From Escherichia phage MN04: a stretch of 64,000 bases of DNA. The DNA is taken from the sequence record MT129654.1, one strand, 5' to 3'. Positions 19,265 through 28,726 of the stretch are shown one piece after another (positions within the stretch are counted from its first letter, which is position 1; every line of letters starts with the position of its first letter). The notes below the pieces were generated by a model that worked only from the letters and a program-made list of their open reading frames with translations, searched no databases and was not told the DNA's origin. A program made the position numbers and the translations under genes.

Positions 19265-20938
19265 ATGAAAAAGGTTGTTATTTTAGGCGCAGGTCTTGGC
19301 TCACGGTTGTATCCAATTACTAACGAAATCCCGAAGGTATTGGTTAACTATAAACAACATACGGTATTAAAGCATTTGTATGATTTGTATAGTAACCAAT
19401 CAGATGAAATTATTCTGGTTATTCACAGCAAATTTAACGACCTCGTTAAAGGCTATATTAAATCCATTAACATGATTACTGGTGATAAGCCTAAATTCAC
19501 TATTCGTAACGTTGATGTTGCTAATGGTTCAGCTCATGCTATCGATTGCATTGCCGAAGATATCATTGGCCATAACGTCCTGTTTAACTGGTGTGACATC
19601 ATTCCTGAAGGTCATAAAGTTGAGTGGGGTAACGACTACTGTTATACCTATGGAACTGACTGTCGTTTTACATTTGAAGAACCGTACTTACGTGAAATTG
19701 GCACTGGTGGTGGCGTAGTTGGTTTATATCAGGTGGCTAATTGGACAGGTTTCGACCGTTCTAATTACGGTGAAGACCTTGCTGATAACCTGGATTCAAT
19801 GGTCTATTTGACTGAACGTAAACTGGACTTTGTAGTTGATGTCGGTGACAAATTGAAACTGGCTAAGGCCCATGAAGATTCTGAAATTAACCGTGAATTT
19901 AATAAATTAGAATTCACCGAGAATCTGGCTATTAAAGTACCAACTAACGAATTAGGTAAAGAAATTCAATCTAAAGAAATCAATTGGTATAATTCTATTG
20001 ATTCTGAATTCGTTCCTAGCATTGTAGACTTTTCTCCAGGCGAATTCATTAAAATGGAACGTATCTTTGGTCGGACCATGGCAGATGCCTACCGGTTTAT
20101 GTCCAAAGAAACTAAAGTCCTCATGGTTTATAAGGTCATTAGTGCATTACGTTCATTCGGTGGAACTATTGATAATCCGTCCGATGAACAATGGTATTCC
20201 GATGTTAAGAAAGAAGTATTGGACAAGGTCCTTATTCGTAATGCTTCTATTGCCGGATTGATTGAAGGCTTTGCTCCACAAGGCATTACCCATGTTAACG
20301 ATTTCAAAGTAGGCGACCCTGAAAAACTTCTCCGCCATGCACTAGAAATTCTGTCTGAACATAAAGAACCGTACCAACTTATTCATGGCGACCCACACTA
20401 CAGTAATATTATGCTGTCGGACGAAGGTGATATTAAAATCATCGACCCACGTGGTTATTTCGGTAATAGTTCTAAAGGCCCTGCGATTTATGATGAAGCT
20501 AAGGTGCTTTATTCTATCGATGGCTATGACAAATTTAACTCAGACCCTCTATGGGGTGGATTAACCCGTAACGGAACTCGTGTATTCGTTGATATTGAAA
20601 AGGTTATGCCTTTAGACGATATCCCTATGTGCACATTTAAGCACAAGCTCTGGATTGCTGTTATTTGGATGGCTCTGGCAGGTTACTTTAAGAATAACCC
20701 TCTGAAAGCTCTGGGTGCTTATTATAACGGTTTGTACCAACTGAGTGTGCTGCTGAAGCGGCATCCTCGTAAGCGTAAGCTTATTACAGGTGAATTTGTC
20801 GATGAAGTTCGTGACCCTATCACGGCCCAAATTATTACTCGTTGTCCTGATAAGTGGGTTTTGCTTGACCAGGAAACTGGTGTAAAATATAAACCTACAG
20901 GTTCTACTGAACTCCACAAACAATGGAAGAAAATTTAA
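19265..20938 (+). CDS. bifunctional nucleotidyltransferase / APH-choline-kinase-like kinase fusion
   Basis: N-terminal ILGAGLGSRLYPIT (sugar-1-P/LicC-type nucleotidyltransferase G-x-G-x-R motif); C-terminal LIHGDPHYSNIM...IIDPRGYFG (Brenner kinase motif plus metal-binding DxG). Function inferred from motifs only. Confidence 0.6.
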   Translation: MKKVVILGAGLGSRLYPITNEIPKVLVNYKQHTVLKHLYDLYSNQSDEIILVIHSKFNDLVKGYIKSINMITGDKPKFTIRNVDVANGSAHAIDCIAEDIIGHNVLFNWCDIIPEGHKVEWGNDYCYTYGTDCRFTFEEPYLREIGTGGGVVGLYQVANWTGFDRSNYGEDLADNLDSMVYLTERKLDFVVDVGDKLKLAKAHEDSEINREFNKLEFTENLAIKVPTNELGKEIQSKEINWYNSIDSEFVPSIVDFSPGEFIKMERIFGRTMADAYRFMSKETKVLMVYKVISALRSFGGTIDNPSDEQWYSDVKKEVLDKVLIRNASIAGLIEGFAPQGITHVNDFKVGDPEKLLRHALEILSEHKEPYQLIHGDPHYSNIMLSDEGDIKIIDPRGYFGNSSKGPAIYDEAKVLYSIDGYDKFNSDPLWGGLTRNGTRVFVDIEKVMPLDDIPMCTFKHKLWIAVIWMALAGYFKNNPLKALGAYYNGLYQLSVLLKRHPRKRKLITGEFVDEVRDPITAQIITRCPDKWVLLDQETGVKYKPTGSTELHKQWKKI

Positions 20939-21321
20939 TGTCGCATCGAGTAGAAAATAAGCCACATTTATGTTTTGATATCGATAACACAATCACGATT
21001 TGGAACCATGACCGTGATTATGAGAACTTTAAACCGGACACCGAAATGGTGTCCATGATTAATAAGCTTTATGATGAAGGGTACGAGATTACATTGTTCA
21101 CCGCGCGTGGCATGACTTCATGTGGCCCAGGTCGAATCTTGGTTGAAGTAGTTCCTGCATTGGTTAAGAACCTTGAAAAGATTGGATTGAAATATCATAA
21201 TCTGCTTACACATAAGCCGAGTTATACTTTTATCATCGATGACCGAGCAATCCGTCCCGACCACTTTAAAGAAATGGTTCGTGAAGGAACTCTTGATAGT
21301 TATAAGGCCTATCATCCATGA
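20938..21321 (+). CDS. HAD-superfamily phosphatase-like protein
   Basis: LCFDIDNTIT (HAD motif I DxDxT) and TLFTARG; small KdsC-sized protein. Confidence 0.5.
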   Translation: MSHRVENKPHLCFDIDNTITIWNHDRDYENFKPDTEMVSMINKLYDEGYEITLFTARGMTSCGPGRILVEVVPALVKNLEKIGLKYHNLLTHKPSYTFIIDDRAIRPDHFKEMVREGTLDSYKAYHP

Positions 21322-21854
21322 ATCCAAAAATCATTGTTATAGACGGCCCGGATAATTCCGGGAAGTCCACTTTAATTAAAAATCTGTTATCCAATAAGAA
21401 ATACCGCCTTATTGATTTTCCTAAAAAGATTAATGGTAAGTGTATTTCATTAGGAACTGATAACGATAAGGCTTTAGTTGAAACTCTGTATAAGTTTTTA
21501 GACCCTAATTTCGTTTATATCCTTGACCGTGGTTATCCAAGTAATATTGTTTACTCAGGATTCCTTCGTGGTGAAATGGACCCTTATGTAGAACTGGAAG
21601 ATTGGAAAGGGTTTAAATCTGAATTTAACGTTATCGAGGTTATTTTAACTCGCAATCCATTAGACGAAGACTTCGAAGACGACCTTATTAAATTAACCAA
21701 AGATGAGTTCAACCTAACTATCCGGCAATACGAAACATGTTTTGAAAACGTGTTTAAAATCTTAAATCATGACGGCCATAATAATTTGCTTAATGTTGAT
21801 ATGGTAGAATTAAAACGTCTGAACGAATATATTGAAAATAAGGTGAATAGATGA
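21318..21854 (+). CDS. P-loop small-molecule/nucleotide kinase-like protein
   Basis: Walker A IVIDGPDNSGKSTL at the N-terminus; 178 aa. Confidence 0.5.
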   Translation: MNPKIIVIDGPDNSGKSTLIKNLLSNKKYRLIDFPKKINGKCISLGTDNDKALVETLYKFLDPNFVYILDRGYPSNIVYSGFLRGEMDPYVELEDWKGFKSEFNVIEVILTRNPLDEDFEDDLIKLTKDEFNLTIRQYETCFENVFKILNHDGHNNLLNVDMVELKRLNEYIENKVNR

Positions 21855-22549
21855 AACACATTACCGCTGTTAGTTTTGAAAATGCATTTAAACAAATGAA
21901 CGAAGAAATCCTGGAAGCTCCACAGTTTGCAGTTGATTCTCGTATCGGACGTTGTTATGAAATTGGTTCTGCTTCGGTAGAAGTACTGGATGCAAGCACC
22001 TATAAATTCACCGATCCTCGTATTAATCGTATTAGTTATGAATATGCCGAATCTTTCTGGAAGTTTATGATTTCTGGTGGTACTGACGCCGCCGAAGCAT
22101 TTAAGGAATACCCTAATGTTGCTAAGTTCATTGATAAGCCGAAAAGTGACGTATTGCCTGCAAACTTCAACACTTTCTATGGACCTCGAATTGTGGCCCA
22201 ACTCCCAGCCTTACTTAAAGAGCTTAAAGAAAAGCCTAACTCAAGACGCGTTGTGTTCCAGATTCTCCAAGAACAAGACCAAGCCCTCCTTGATTCTGAC
22301 GAATCCTTAGAATATCCTTGCACCGATTCGGTAACGTATTATATTCGTGATGGACGTCTGTATGCACACACTCATATGCGTTCACAGAACTGTGCTATTG
22401 TTATGCAGCTGGATTTCTATCTGCAGGGTAAACTGATGGCATTTATTGCTGAACAGTGCGGTGTCGGTTTAGGTACATATTCCCACACCATGGTAAGTGC
22501 ACACGTGTTTGAACGTGATTTTGACTACGTCCGAGGTTTCCTGAAATGA
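21851..22549 (+). CDS. 42: thymidylate-synthase-family pyrimidine hydroxymethylase (divergent dCMP hydroxymethylase, gp42 position)
   Basis: NSRR and CTDSVTYYIRDGRL...MRSQN align to the catalytic-Cys region of recalled T4 gp42, at lower identity than the neighbouring core genes. Confidence 0.6.
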   Translation: MKHITAVSFENAFKQMNEEILEAPQFAVDSRIGRCYEIGSASVEVLDASTYKFTDPRINRISYEYAESFWKFMISGGTDAAEAFKEYPNVAKFIDKPKSDVLPANFNTFYGPRIVAQLPALLKELKEKPNSRRVVFQILQEQDQALLDSDESLEYPCTDSVTYYIRDGRLYAHTHMRSQNCAIVMQLDFYLQGKLMAFIAEQCGVGLGTYSHTMVSAHVFERDFDYVRGFLK

Positions 22550-23439
22550 GTTTGTTTATCGTTCCTATTTTCAGTATGCGTAGTTACGAAACAGGTGAAT
22601 ATGCCGTCCTTAAGGACGGCAATTTTCAACTCCATTTAAATCGTGCTCGTCCAGGTGATTATCTGGCTTATCCTAGAAATTCGAGCGATATCAAAGAATG
22701 CATTGAATTATTCCCAGATCTGAATTTCGTACCACTTTGGTATAAAGAAAATGCTTATGAAACCCGTAAACATTTCTGGTCTGAAAATGAGTTTGTAGTC
22801 GATTCACTAATCGAATACTACGATTGCTCAGGACTGGTAACCGATATCACTGGTTACGATGGTGCTCATACTGTACAATTCAACTTTAATATCACAATGG
22901 ACCCTGAAGTTCCTCGTTATTATATCGACGAGTTCATTGATATTGATGTGGCTTCAGTTGAACGTTCACTTTATACTACAGTCCTGAATCAATGCCAGAA
23001 AGACGTCTTGGTGTCACGAGGTGCATCCTCTGATAAGATTTTTGTAGACCAAAAGGTAATTAATCCTGCAGTAATTGAGCGTTACTCTGAAGGTCTAGCG
23101 CCTATTAAAATTGATGGTATTTTCCATCCATTCCGTATTTCAGATAAGTGTTATCAATTCGAAAGAGTTGTAGACCAAGCTGCCGCTGAAGGTGCTCGTC
23201 TTTATATCACCGATCCGAATGATTCATTTAAGCGCGAAGACTATCGTCCTGATGTAGAGATTATTAAATTCAAACCAAGTAAGGTTGAATATTATCAAAT
23301 TCTGAAATCAAGACCACATATCATTTATCATGAGAACCCAGGTTTAGTATTCCATCCTGGTCTGGCTGAATTCATTTATTTCGGTGCCAATATTCATTCT
23401 GAATACGAAATGCCACGTTATGAGGACGTAGTATGCTAG
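22546..23439 (+). CDS. hypothetical protein; candidate DNA glycosyl/modification transferase (occupies the T4 beta-gt position)
   Basis: 297-aa ORF between the gp42-like gene and uvsX; functional call is by synteny only, no recognised motif. Confidence 0.35.
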   Translation: MSLFIVPIFSMRSYETGEYAVLKDGNFQLHLNRARPGDYLAYPRNSSDIKECIELFPDLNFVPLWYKENAYETRKHFWSENEFVVDSLIEYYDCSGLVTDITGYDGAHTVQFNFNITMDPEVPRYYIDEFIDIDVASVERSLYTTVLNQCQKDVLVSRGASSDKIFVDQKVINPAVIERYSEGLAPIKIDGIFHPFRISDKCYQFERVVDQAAAEGARLYITDPNDSFKREDYRPDVEIIKFKPSKVEYYQILKSRPHIIYHENPGLVFHPGLAEFIYFGANIHSEYEMPRYEDVVC

Positions 23440-23642
23440 GTCCTCTATTGCTTTTTATAGGTTTGTTATTATTCTCTTTCGGAGCCTTGCTATTACTAGT
23501 GTGGCTCGAGAAACGAGAAGTTCGGAAGATAGTCGATAAGGCTATCAACCGAGGAATTAAGTAATGCTGTAGCTGTGAAGTGATATAATTACCCTATCTT
23601 AAAACGTGAGAAAAAATATAATGATGCCTATGGAAAAATATA

Positions 23643-24815
23643 ATGTCTGATTTAAAATCCCGTTTGATTAAAGCTTCTACTTCTAAAATGACTGCCGACC
23701 TGACCAAATCTAAATTGTTTAATGGTCGTGACGAAGTTCCTACTCGTATTCCTATGCTTAATATTGCATTGGGTGGTGCATTGAATGCAGGCTTACAATC
23801 AGGTTTGACAATCTTTGCTGCACCGTCTAAACACTTTAAAACGTTGTTTGGATTAACTATGGTTGCGGCGTATATGAAGAAATATCCAGACGCAATTTGC
23901 TTGTTCTATGACTCTGAGTTCGGTGCTTCAGAATCTTATTTCCGTTCAATGGGTGTTGACCTGGAACGTGTGGTTCATACGCCAATCCAGTCAGTCGAAC
24001 AACTGAAGGTTGACATGACCAACCAATTAGAAGAAATTACTCGTGGCGAAAAGGTTATTATCTTTATCGACTCCATCGGTAACACTGCTTCTAAGAAAGA
24101 AACCGAAGATGCTTTGAACGAGAAAGTTGTAGGTGATATGACTCGTGCTAAGTCTCTGAAATCTCTGTTCCGTATCGTAACACCTTATCTGACTATCAAG
24201 GATATTCCTTGTGTAGCAATTAACCATACGGCTATGGAAATTGGTGGAATGTATCCTAAAGAGATTATGGGTGGTGGTACTGGTATTCTGTACTCTGCTT
24301 CTACTGTGTTCTTTATCTCTAAACGTCAGGTTAAAGATGGCACCGAGCTCACTGGTTATGACTTCACCCTGAAGGCCGAAAAATCTCGTACTGTTAAAGA
24401 GAAATCAACGTTCCCAATTACTGTGAACTTTGAAGGTGGTATTGACCCATTCAGTGGATTGCTCGAAATGGCTACTGATATTGGCTTTGTTGTGAAACCT
24501 AAAGCTGGTTGGTATAATCGTGCATTCCTTGACGAAACCACAGGTGAAATGGTTCAAGAAGAAAAATCATGGCGTGCTAAAGCTACCGATTGTGTCGAGT
24601 TCTGGGGACCACTGTTTAAACATGCTCCATTCCGTGAAGCAATCGAGAATAAGTATAAGCTCGGTGCAATTAATTCTATTAAAGAAGTCGATGATGCGGT
24701 GAACGACCTTATTAACTCTCGTGTCTCTAAGAACGTTGCTGTTAAATTAGGTGGCAATGCCCAAAGTGCCGCTGATATCGAAAACGATTTAGAAGAGATG
24801 GATTTAGATGACTGA
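23643..24815 (+). CDS. uvsX: recombinase UvsX (RecA-like)
   Basis: 390 aa; MSDLKSRLIKASTSK..., Walker A-like region, EDALNEKVVGDMTRAKSLKSLFRIVTPY; matches recalled T4 UvsX. Confidence 0.95.
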   Translation: MSDLKSRLIKASTSKMTADLTKSKLFNGRDEVPTRIPMLNIALGGALNAGLQSGLTIFAAPSKHFKTLFGLTMVAAYMKKYPDAICLFYDSEFGASESYFRSMGVDLERVVHTPIQSVEQLKVDMTNQLEEITRGEKVIIFIDSIGNTASKKETEDALNEKVVGDMTRAKSLKSLFRIVTPYLTIKDIPCVAINHTAMEIGGMYPKEIMGGGTGILYSASTVFFISKRQVKDGTELTGYDFTLKAEKSRTVKEKSTFPITVNFEGGIDPFSGLLEMATDIGFVVKPKAGWYNRAFLDETTGEMVQEEKSWRAKATDCVEFWGPLFKHAPFREAIENKYKLGAINSIKEVDDAVNDLINSRVSKNVAVKLGGNAQSAADIENDLEEMDLDD

Positions 24816-25137
24816 TTTATCTGATTTAGATAATTTTGTTAAAGATACTGAAGAGGGTCCTAGTGACCCTCGTTATTATGAGAAATCGTTAGATATAATC
24901 CGTAAGTCAATGGGTTCTGTTAAGCAGGAAATTATGCTTACATTACCCGATGGCACTGCTCACATCGTTTATGTGATGAATATTGTTATTGAGAAAGATG
25001 GAAAAGTGTCGGTTGATTTCGGAACGCCTTCCGAAGACCGAAAAGAAGAGCTAGCGCTTCATGTAGAAAAATGTGTTACAATGCAAATACAAGAAGAACT
25101 GGATAAAATTAAATCTAAGAGGTGGTGGAAGTGGTAG
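24808..25137 (+). CDS. hypothetical protein; gp40-like by position
   Basis: 109-aa ORF between uvsX and 41, as in T4; no sequence confirmation. Confidence 0.4.
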   Translation: MTDLSDLDNFVKDTEEGPSDPRYYEKSLDIIRKSMGSVKQEIMLTLPDGTAHIVYVMNIVIEKDGKVSVDFGTPSEDRKEELALHVEKCVTMQIQEELDKIKSKRWWKW

Positions 25138-26561
25138 AAACTATTTTGGCTCAACTGCTAGGCAATAGTGATTATTTCACTAAGGTCTGGCCTTATATGA
25201 ATGATTCTTATTTTGACCAGGGTCCGGCAAAGACCCTTTTCAAAGAAATCAAAAAACATGTCAATGAATATAATGCGGTGCCTTCTAAAAATGCTTTGAG
25301 TATTGCATTAGATAACAGCACCCTTTCAGAAGTTGAACACCAAGGAGCTAAAGAGCTTTTAAGTTCACTGAACGCTGGCCCTGAAGACCAAGAATGGTTG
25401 GTTAAAGAGACAGAGAAATATGTTCAGAAGGCAGCGATGTATAATGCCACTTCAAAAATTATTGAAATTCAAACTAATGCCGACCTTCCGGTTGAGCAAC
25501 AAAATAGAAAACTCCCAGGTATTGGTGCTATTCCAGATATCATGCGTGATGCATTATCGATTTGTTTCGATTCTGAATTAGGCCATGACTGGATGGATGA
25601 CTATGAAGAACGTTTTAAAAGTTATTCCGATAAAGCACGTAAGGTTCCATTCCGTCTTAATATTCTGAATAAGATTACTAAGGGTGGCGCTGAGTTTGGT
25701 ACTGAAAACGTATTGTTGGCAGGAACAAACGTAGGTAAGTCTCTGGGTCTGTGTTCATTGGCTGCTGATTACCTTCAATCCGGTTACGATGTTCTTTATA
25801 TCTCCATGGAGATGGCAGAGGAAGTATGCGCTAAGCGTATCGATGCTAACCTTCTAGATGTATCACTGGATGATATTGATGATGGTCACGTCTCATGGCC
25901 TGAATATAAAGCTAAGATGGATAAGTGGCGTTCAACTGCTACTTTAGGTCGTTTAAAGATTAAACAGTATCCTACTGGTGGTGCTAATGCCGATACATTC
26001 CGTGCATTATTAAACGAATACAAGCTCAAACAAAACTTTGTCCCACAGGTCGTTATCGTCGACTACTTGGCTATCTGTGCTTCATCCCGTACGAAAGTTT
26101 TCTCTGAAAACAGTTATGGATTGATTAAGATGGTTGCCGAAGAACTACGTGGACTTGCAGTAGAGAAGAAATTATTGTTGTGGACTGCAGCCCAGACTAC
26201 TCGTGGTGCGAACGTTGCCGCCGAAATCGATATGGCTGATATCGCTGAATCCTTTGGTATTGCACATACTGCAGACTTCATGTTAGGTGTGGTCGAGACA
26301 GAAGAGTTTGCTCAGATGGGTATGCAGATGGTTAAGCAGCTTAAATCTCGTTATGGTGATAAGAGCTACTACAACAAATTTAAGATTGGTGTTAAGAAAG
26401 GAAACCAGCGTTGGTATGAAGTTGAAGACGATTCTAACCCAGGCCCAGTGAACACCGTTCGTGAGGCTACAGGTGAAATGAACCGCCAAGCAGAGGTCAA
26501 TCGCCAGTCGCGTGTTAATAGAAGCGATTTAGACGATTTAGCAGCATCTATCAAATTTTAA
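25122..26561 (+). CDS. 41: replicative helicase gp41 (DnaB-like)
   Basis: 479 aa; GTNVGKSLGLCSLAADYL Walker A and IVDYLAIC; matches recalled T4 gp41. Confidence 0.95.
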   Translation: MVEVVETILAQLLGNSDYFTKVWPYMNDSYFDQGPAKTLFKEIKKHVNEYNAVPSKNALSIALDNSTLSEVEHQGAKELLSSLNAGPEDQEWLVKETEKYVQKAAMYNATSKIIEIQTNADLPVEQQNRKLPGIGAIPDIMRDALSICFDSELGHDWMDDYEERFKSYSDKARKVPFRLNILNKITKGGAEFGTENVLLAGTNVGKSLGLCSLAADYLQSGYDVLYISMEMAEEVCAKRIDANLLDVSLDDIDDGHVSWPEYKAKMDKWRSTATLGRLKIKQYPTGGANADTFRALLNEYKLKQNFVPQVVIVDYLAICASSRTKVFSENSYGLIKMVAEELRGLAVEKKLLLWTAAQTTRGANVAAEIDMADIAESFGIAHTADFMLGVVETEEFAQMGMQMVKQLKSRYGDKSYYNKFKIGVKKGNQRWYEVEDDSNPGPVNTVREATGEMNRQAEVNRQSRVNRSDLDDLAASIKF

Positions 26562-26586
26562 GGAGCTTCGGCTCCTTTTTTTTGTT
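26561..26586 (+). terminator. intrinsic terminator after gene 41
   Basis: AGGAGCTTCGGCTCCT hairpin plus T9. Confidence 0.7.
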
Positions 26587-26592
26587 TTAAGG

Positions 26593-26621
26593 GTTTACTT
26601 CTCCTGTAGGCATGATACTAT
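26593..26621 (+). promoter_or_regulatory. early promoter, PeSL-like
   Basis: GTTTAC, 17 nt, TACTAT with TG at -15, then AGACCTATCAACT. Confidence 0.55.
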
Positions 26622-26645
26622 AGACCTATCAACTTGGAGAACAAA

Positions 26646-26963
26646 ATGAAAACCATCGACTGTAAAGCGGAATATAAAGTGTATTACCATGGAAGTTGTA
26701 GTGTTGCTAATATTGGTAATATGCTTTGTCCTCCTGAGGAAACAGGAGTTCTGTCTGAAACTGGTCGTAAGAAAAACCTAAATCGTGTGTTCTTTACTGA
26801 AGATATCGGTTTGGCTAAGATTTATGCTGGACGAGCTGCTCGTTCGGTGGGAGGAGAACCTCGTCTTTATCGTGTAATTGCTCCGGTAGATGTGGTTTGT
26901 TTAAATGATACCAAAGGCGCTACGGTTTATCACGCTGAATGGGCCTTCTGTGAGGAAATCTAA
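26646..26963 (+). CDS. hypothetical protein (105 aa)
   Basis: ATG with GGAGAA SD after a PeSL-like promoter. Confidence 0.45.
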   Translation: MKTIDCKAEYKVYYHGSCSVANIGNMLCPPEETGVLSETGRKKNLNRVFFTEDIGLAKIYAGRAARSVGGEPRLYRVIAPVDVVCLNDTKGATVYHAEWAFCEEI

Positions 26964-27167
26964 ATGTATAAATTAGAGAACGTAGTGTTTATTGGTTGGT
27001 TTGAAAATGGTAATATGTTTACCAAAGAAACTGCGCTGGATGTTAGTGACCAAAAAATGATTGAATGGGTTACAGTGCAGTATGCAGAAGTGAATAATGC
27101 ACTGGTGAAAGCCTTTGTTAATGACAATAAAGTTTTTGAATATGATGCCCGCATTGAGGAAATCTAA
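26964..27167 (+). CDS. dmd: Dmd-like antitoxin (discriminator of mRNA degradation)
   Basis: VVFIGWFENGNMFTKE...QYAEVNNALVKAF resembles recalled T4 Dmd, in the 41-61 interval as in T4. Confidence 0.7.
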   Translation: MYKLENVVFIGWFENGNMFTKETALDVSDQKMIEWVTVQYAEVNNALVKAFVNDNKVFEYDARIEEI

Positions 27168-27308
27168 ATGGAAGAGGTTGAATGTGTAGTATGTGGTTGT
27201 TCGGTATGTGAAGACCAGGCAGTATTTGATGCTTGGGACAACGCAACTTGTTTAGACTGCGATAGCGAATACGAAGAAATTGCTCATAAACATGAAGACG
27301 AGGAATAA
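27168..27308 (+). CDS. small Cys-rich acidic protein (46 aa)
   Basis: CVVCGCSVC...CLDC; start overlaps the dmd stop. Confidence 0.35.
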   Translation: MEEVECVVCGCSVCEDQAVFDAWDNATCLDCDSEYEEIAHKHEDEE

Positions 27309-27548
27309 ATGAATATTGTATTAATGAAGCCAACCCCTAGCTCTTTTTGGAATAAATCTTTTGGTAAGCATAATATGTTTATCCAACGCACCGTAAGCAG
27401 CTGGGAACTAGTTCTTTCAGTAGGTCATAATGATTATGAACAGGAATATGTAGAGTTCTTCGAATTTCCTGTGAAGCCTACTAAGCGTCAGATTCGTCAG
27501 ACCAAACGTAAATTCCGTAAAATTTATTTGGAAGATTCGTTAAAATAA
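27309..27548 (+). CDS. small basic protein with PTKRQIRQTKRKFRK motif
   Basis: Paralogue of the 3514 and 28339 ORFs by shared C-terminal motif. Confidence 0.4.
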   Translation: MNIVLMKPTPSSFWNKSFGKHNMFIQRTVSSWELVLSVGHNDYEQEYVEFFEFPVKPTKRQIRQTKRKFRKIYLEDSLK

Positions 27549-27549
27549 A

Positions 27550-27579
27550 GTTTACATCGGTCTATGGTAGTGATACTAT
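27550..27579 (+). promoter_or_regulatory. early promoter, PeSL-like
   Basis: GTTTAC, 18 nt, TACTAT, then AGACCTATCCACT. Confidence 0.55.
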
Positions 27580-27607
27580 AGACCTATCCACTAATGAGGA
27601 GTTAAAA

Positions 27608-27901
27608 ATGAAAAAGTTATTAATCGCAGCAATCCTTACAGTAGCATCATGTGGCACGGCTCCGGTAACTGCCGGATTGGATAAAGACCTTTGTGAATGG
27701 TCTATGACTGCAGACCAAGAGTCAGTTGAACATCAGATTTATGCCGATATCATGAACATCACTAAACGTGACCGTCCTGACATGGTTAAAGAAGTGTCCG
27801 ACCAATTAGCTTCAACCGGTGTTATGCAGTACAACTATGTTTTGTATTGTGACGCTAATTTCGATAACAAAAACATTGTTAAAGAGGTTACAGGTGAGTA
27901 A
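27608..27901 (+). CDS. secreted/lipoprotein-like small protein; Sp-like by size and position
   Basis: 97 aa, signal peptide with a Cys (ILTVASCG); same size and locus as T4 sp. Confidence 0.45.
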   Translation: MKKLLIAAILTVASCGTAPVTAGLDKDLCEWSMTADQESVEHQIYADIMNITKRDRPDMVKEVSDQLASTGVMQYNYVLYCDANFDNKNIVKEVTGE

Positions 27902-27902
27902 A

Positions 27903-28337
27903 ATGATTAACAGAACTTTGGTTATTAAAAAGCTTCGTTGTAAAAATCCAAACGCACAAGCATACAGGATGTTTTGGAGCGACGACCATCAGTACCTAGG
28001 TTATTTTATTGTTGATAGCGACGATAGAATTGTATTCGCTCATAAACTTCTTAACAGAGAATTAAACCATTGGCAAGAACTTATTGCTGTTAAGTCTAAA
28101 TTATTTTCGCTCAATGCAATGCACCAATTGGTTTATTTTTTCGCTGACGGGTTTCCGGACAAGGTTGAATTTGAAGGATTCGAATTTAAAGATATCCACC
28201 CGGGCAACGAATTGAACGACCGCGTTAATATGGATATCCCTAGCAAGTATATCAAAAACAGTCTGTTGAAAATTCTGGAAGCTCCGGTTTATTCAATTGA
28301 CGACCAGATTTTTAATGCCTTTATGAACCGAGGTTGA
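27903..28337 (+). CDS. hypothetical protein (144 aa)
   Basis: ATG right after the upstream stop; the track's longer ORF (27819) overlaps the preceding gene. Confidence 0.45.
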   Translation: MINRTLVIKKLRCKNPNAQAYRMFWSDDHQYLGYFIVDSDDRIVFAHKLLNRELNHWQELIAVKSKLFSLNAMHQLVYFFADGFPDKVEFEGFEFKDIHPGNELNDRVNMDIPSKYIKNSLLKILEAPVYSIDDQIFNAFMNRG

Positions 28338-28338
28338 T

Positions 28339-28560
28339 ATGTTTGTCTTAACTCAATTCTCTAAAGCAGTGTATAGTTACTCTTGTCAGTGGGAAGTCTT
28401 TATTGATTCTCCTTCGCCCAAGTACGGCGTTTTTGGACGAGTAACTACTCAGGCTTACGTTGCACGACCTACTAAAAGACAGATTCGTAAGCTTAAAAAG
28501 GCACACCGTCAACTGATTAAAAGAAGGGAACAATATGAGTGCAATGTGTACGGGCTCTAA
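28339..28560 (+). CDS. small basic protein with RPTKRQIRKLKK motif
   Basis: Paralogue of the 3514 and 27309 ORFs. Confidence 0.4.
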   Translation: MFVLTQFSKAVYSYSCQWEVFIDSPSPKYGVFGRVTTQAYVARPTKRQIRKLKKAHRQLIKRREQYECNVYGL

Positions 28561-28726
28561 GATTTCTGTATTCGAACTGTTCGAAGAATATGAAATCGTA
28601 TCAAAAGACCAAGAAGCTATCCATATTATTGCAGGTGATGGCGTAACTTGGATTATCCCACTTTACCACGAAGATACGTATGAAGTCACTGATGCAAATG
28701 GTGATAAAGCTATTTTCGTAATATAA
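28535..28726 (+). CDS. hypothetical protein (63 aa)
   Basis: ORF; start uncertain. Confidence 0.35.
   Translation: MSAMCTGSKISVFELFEEYEIVSKDQEAIHIIAGDGVTWIIPLYHEDTYEVTDANGDKAIFVI

Noticed and set aside
27819-27902. 172-aa ORF start overlapping the Sp-like gene
   Set aside because: Overlap in a different frame; an ATG at 27903 right after the upstream stop gives a compact gene.
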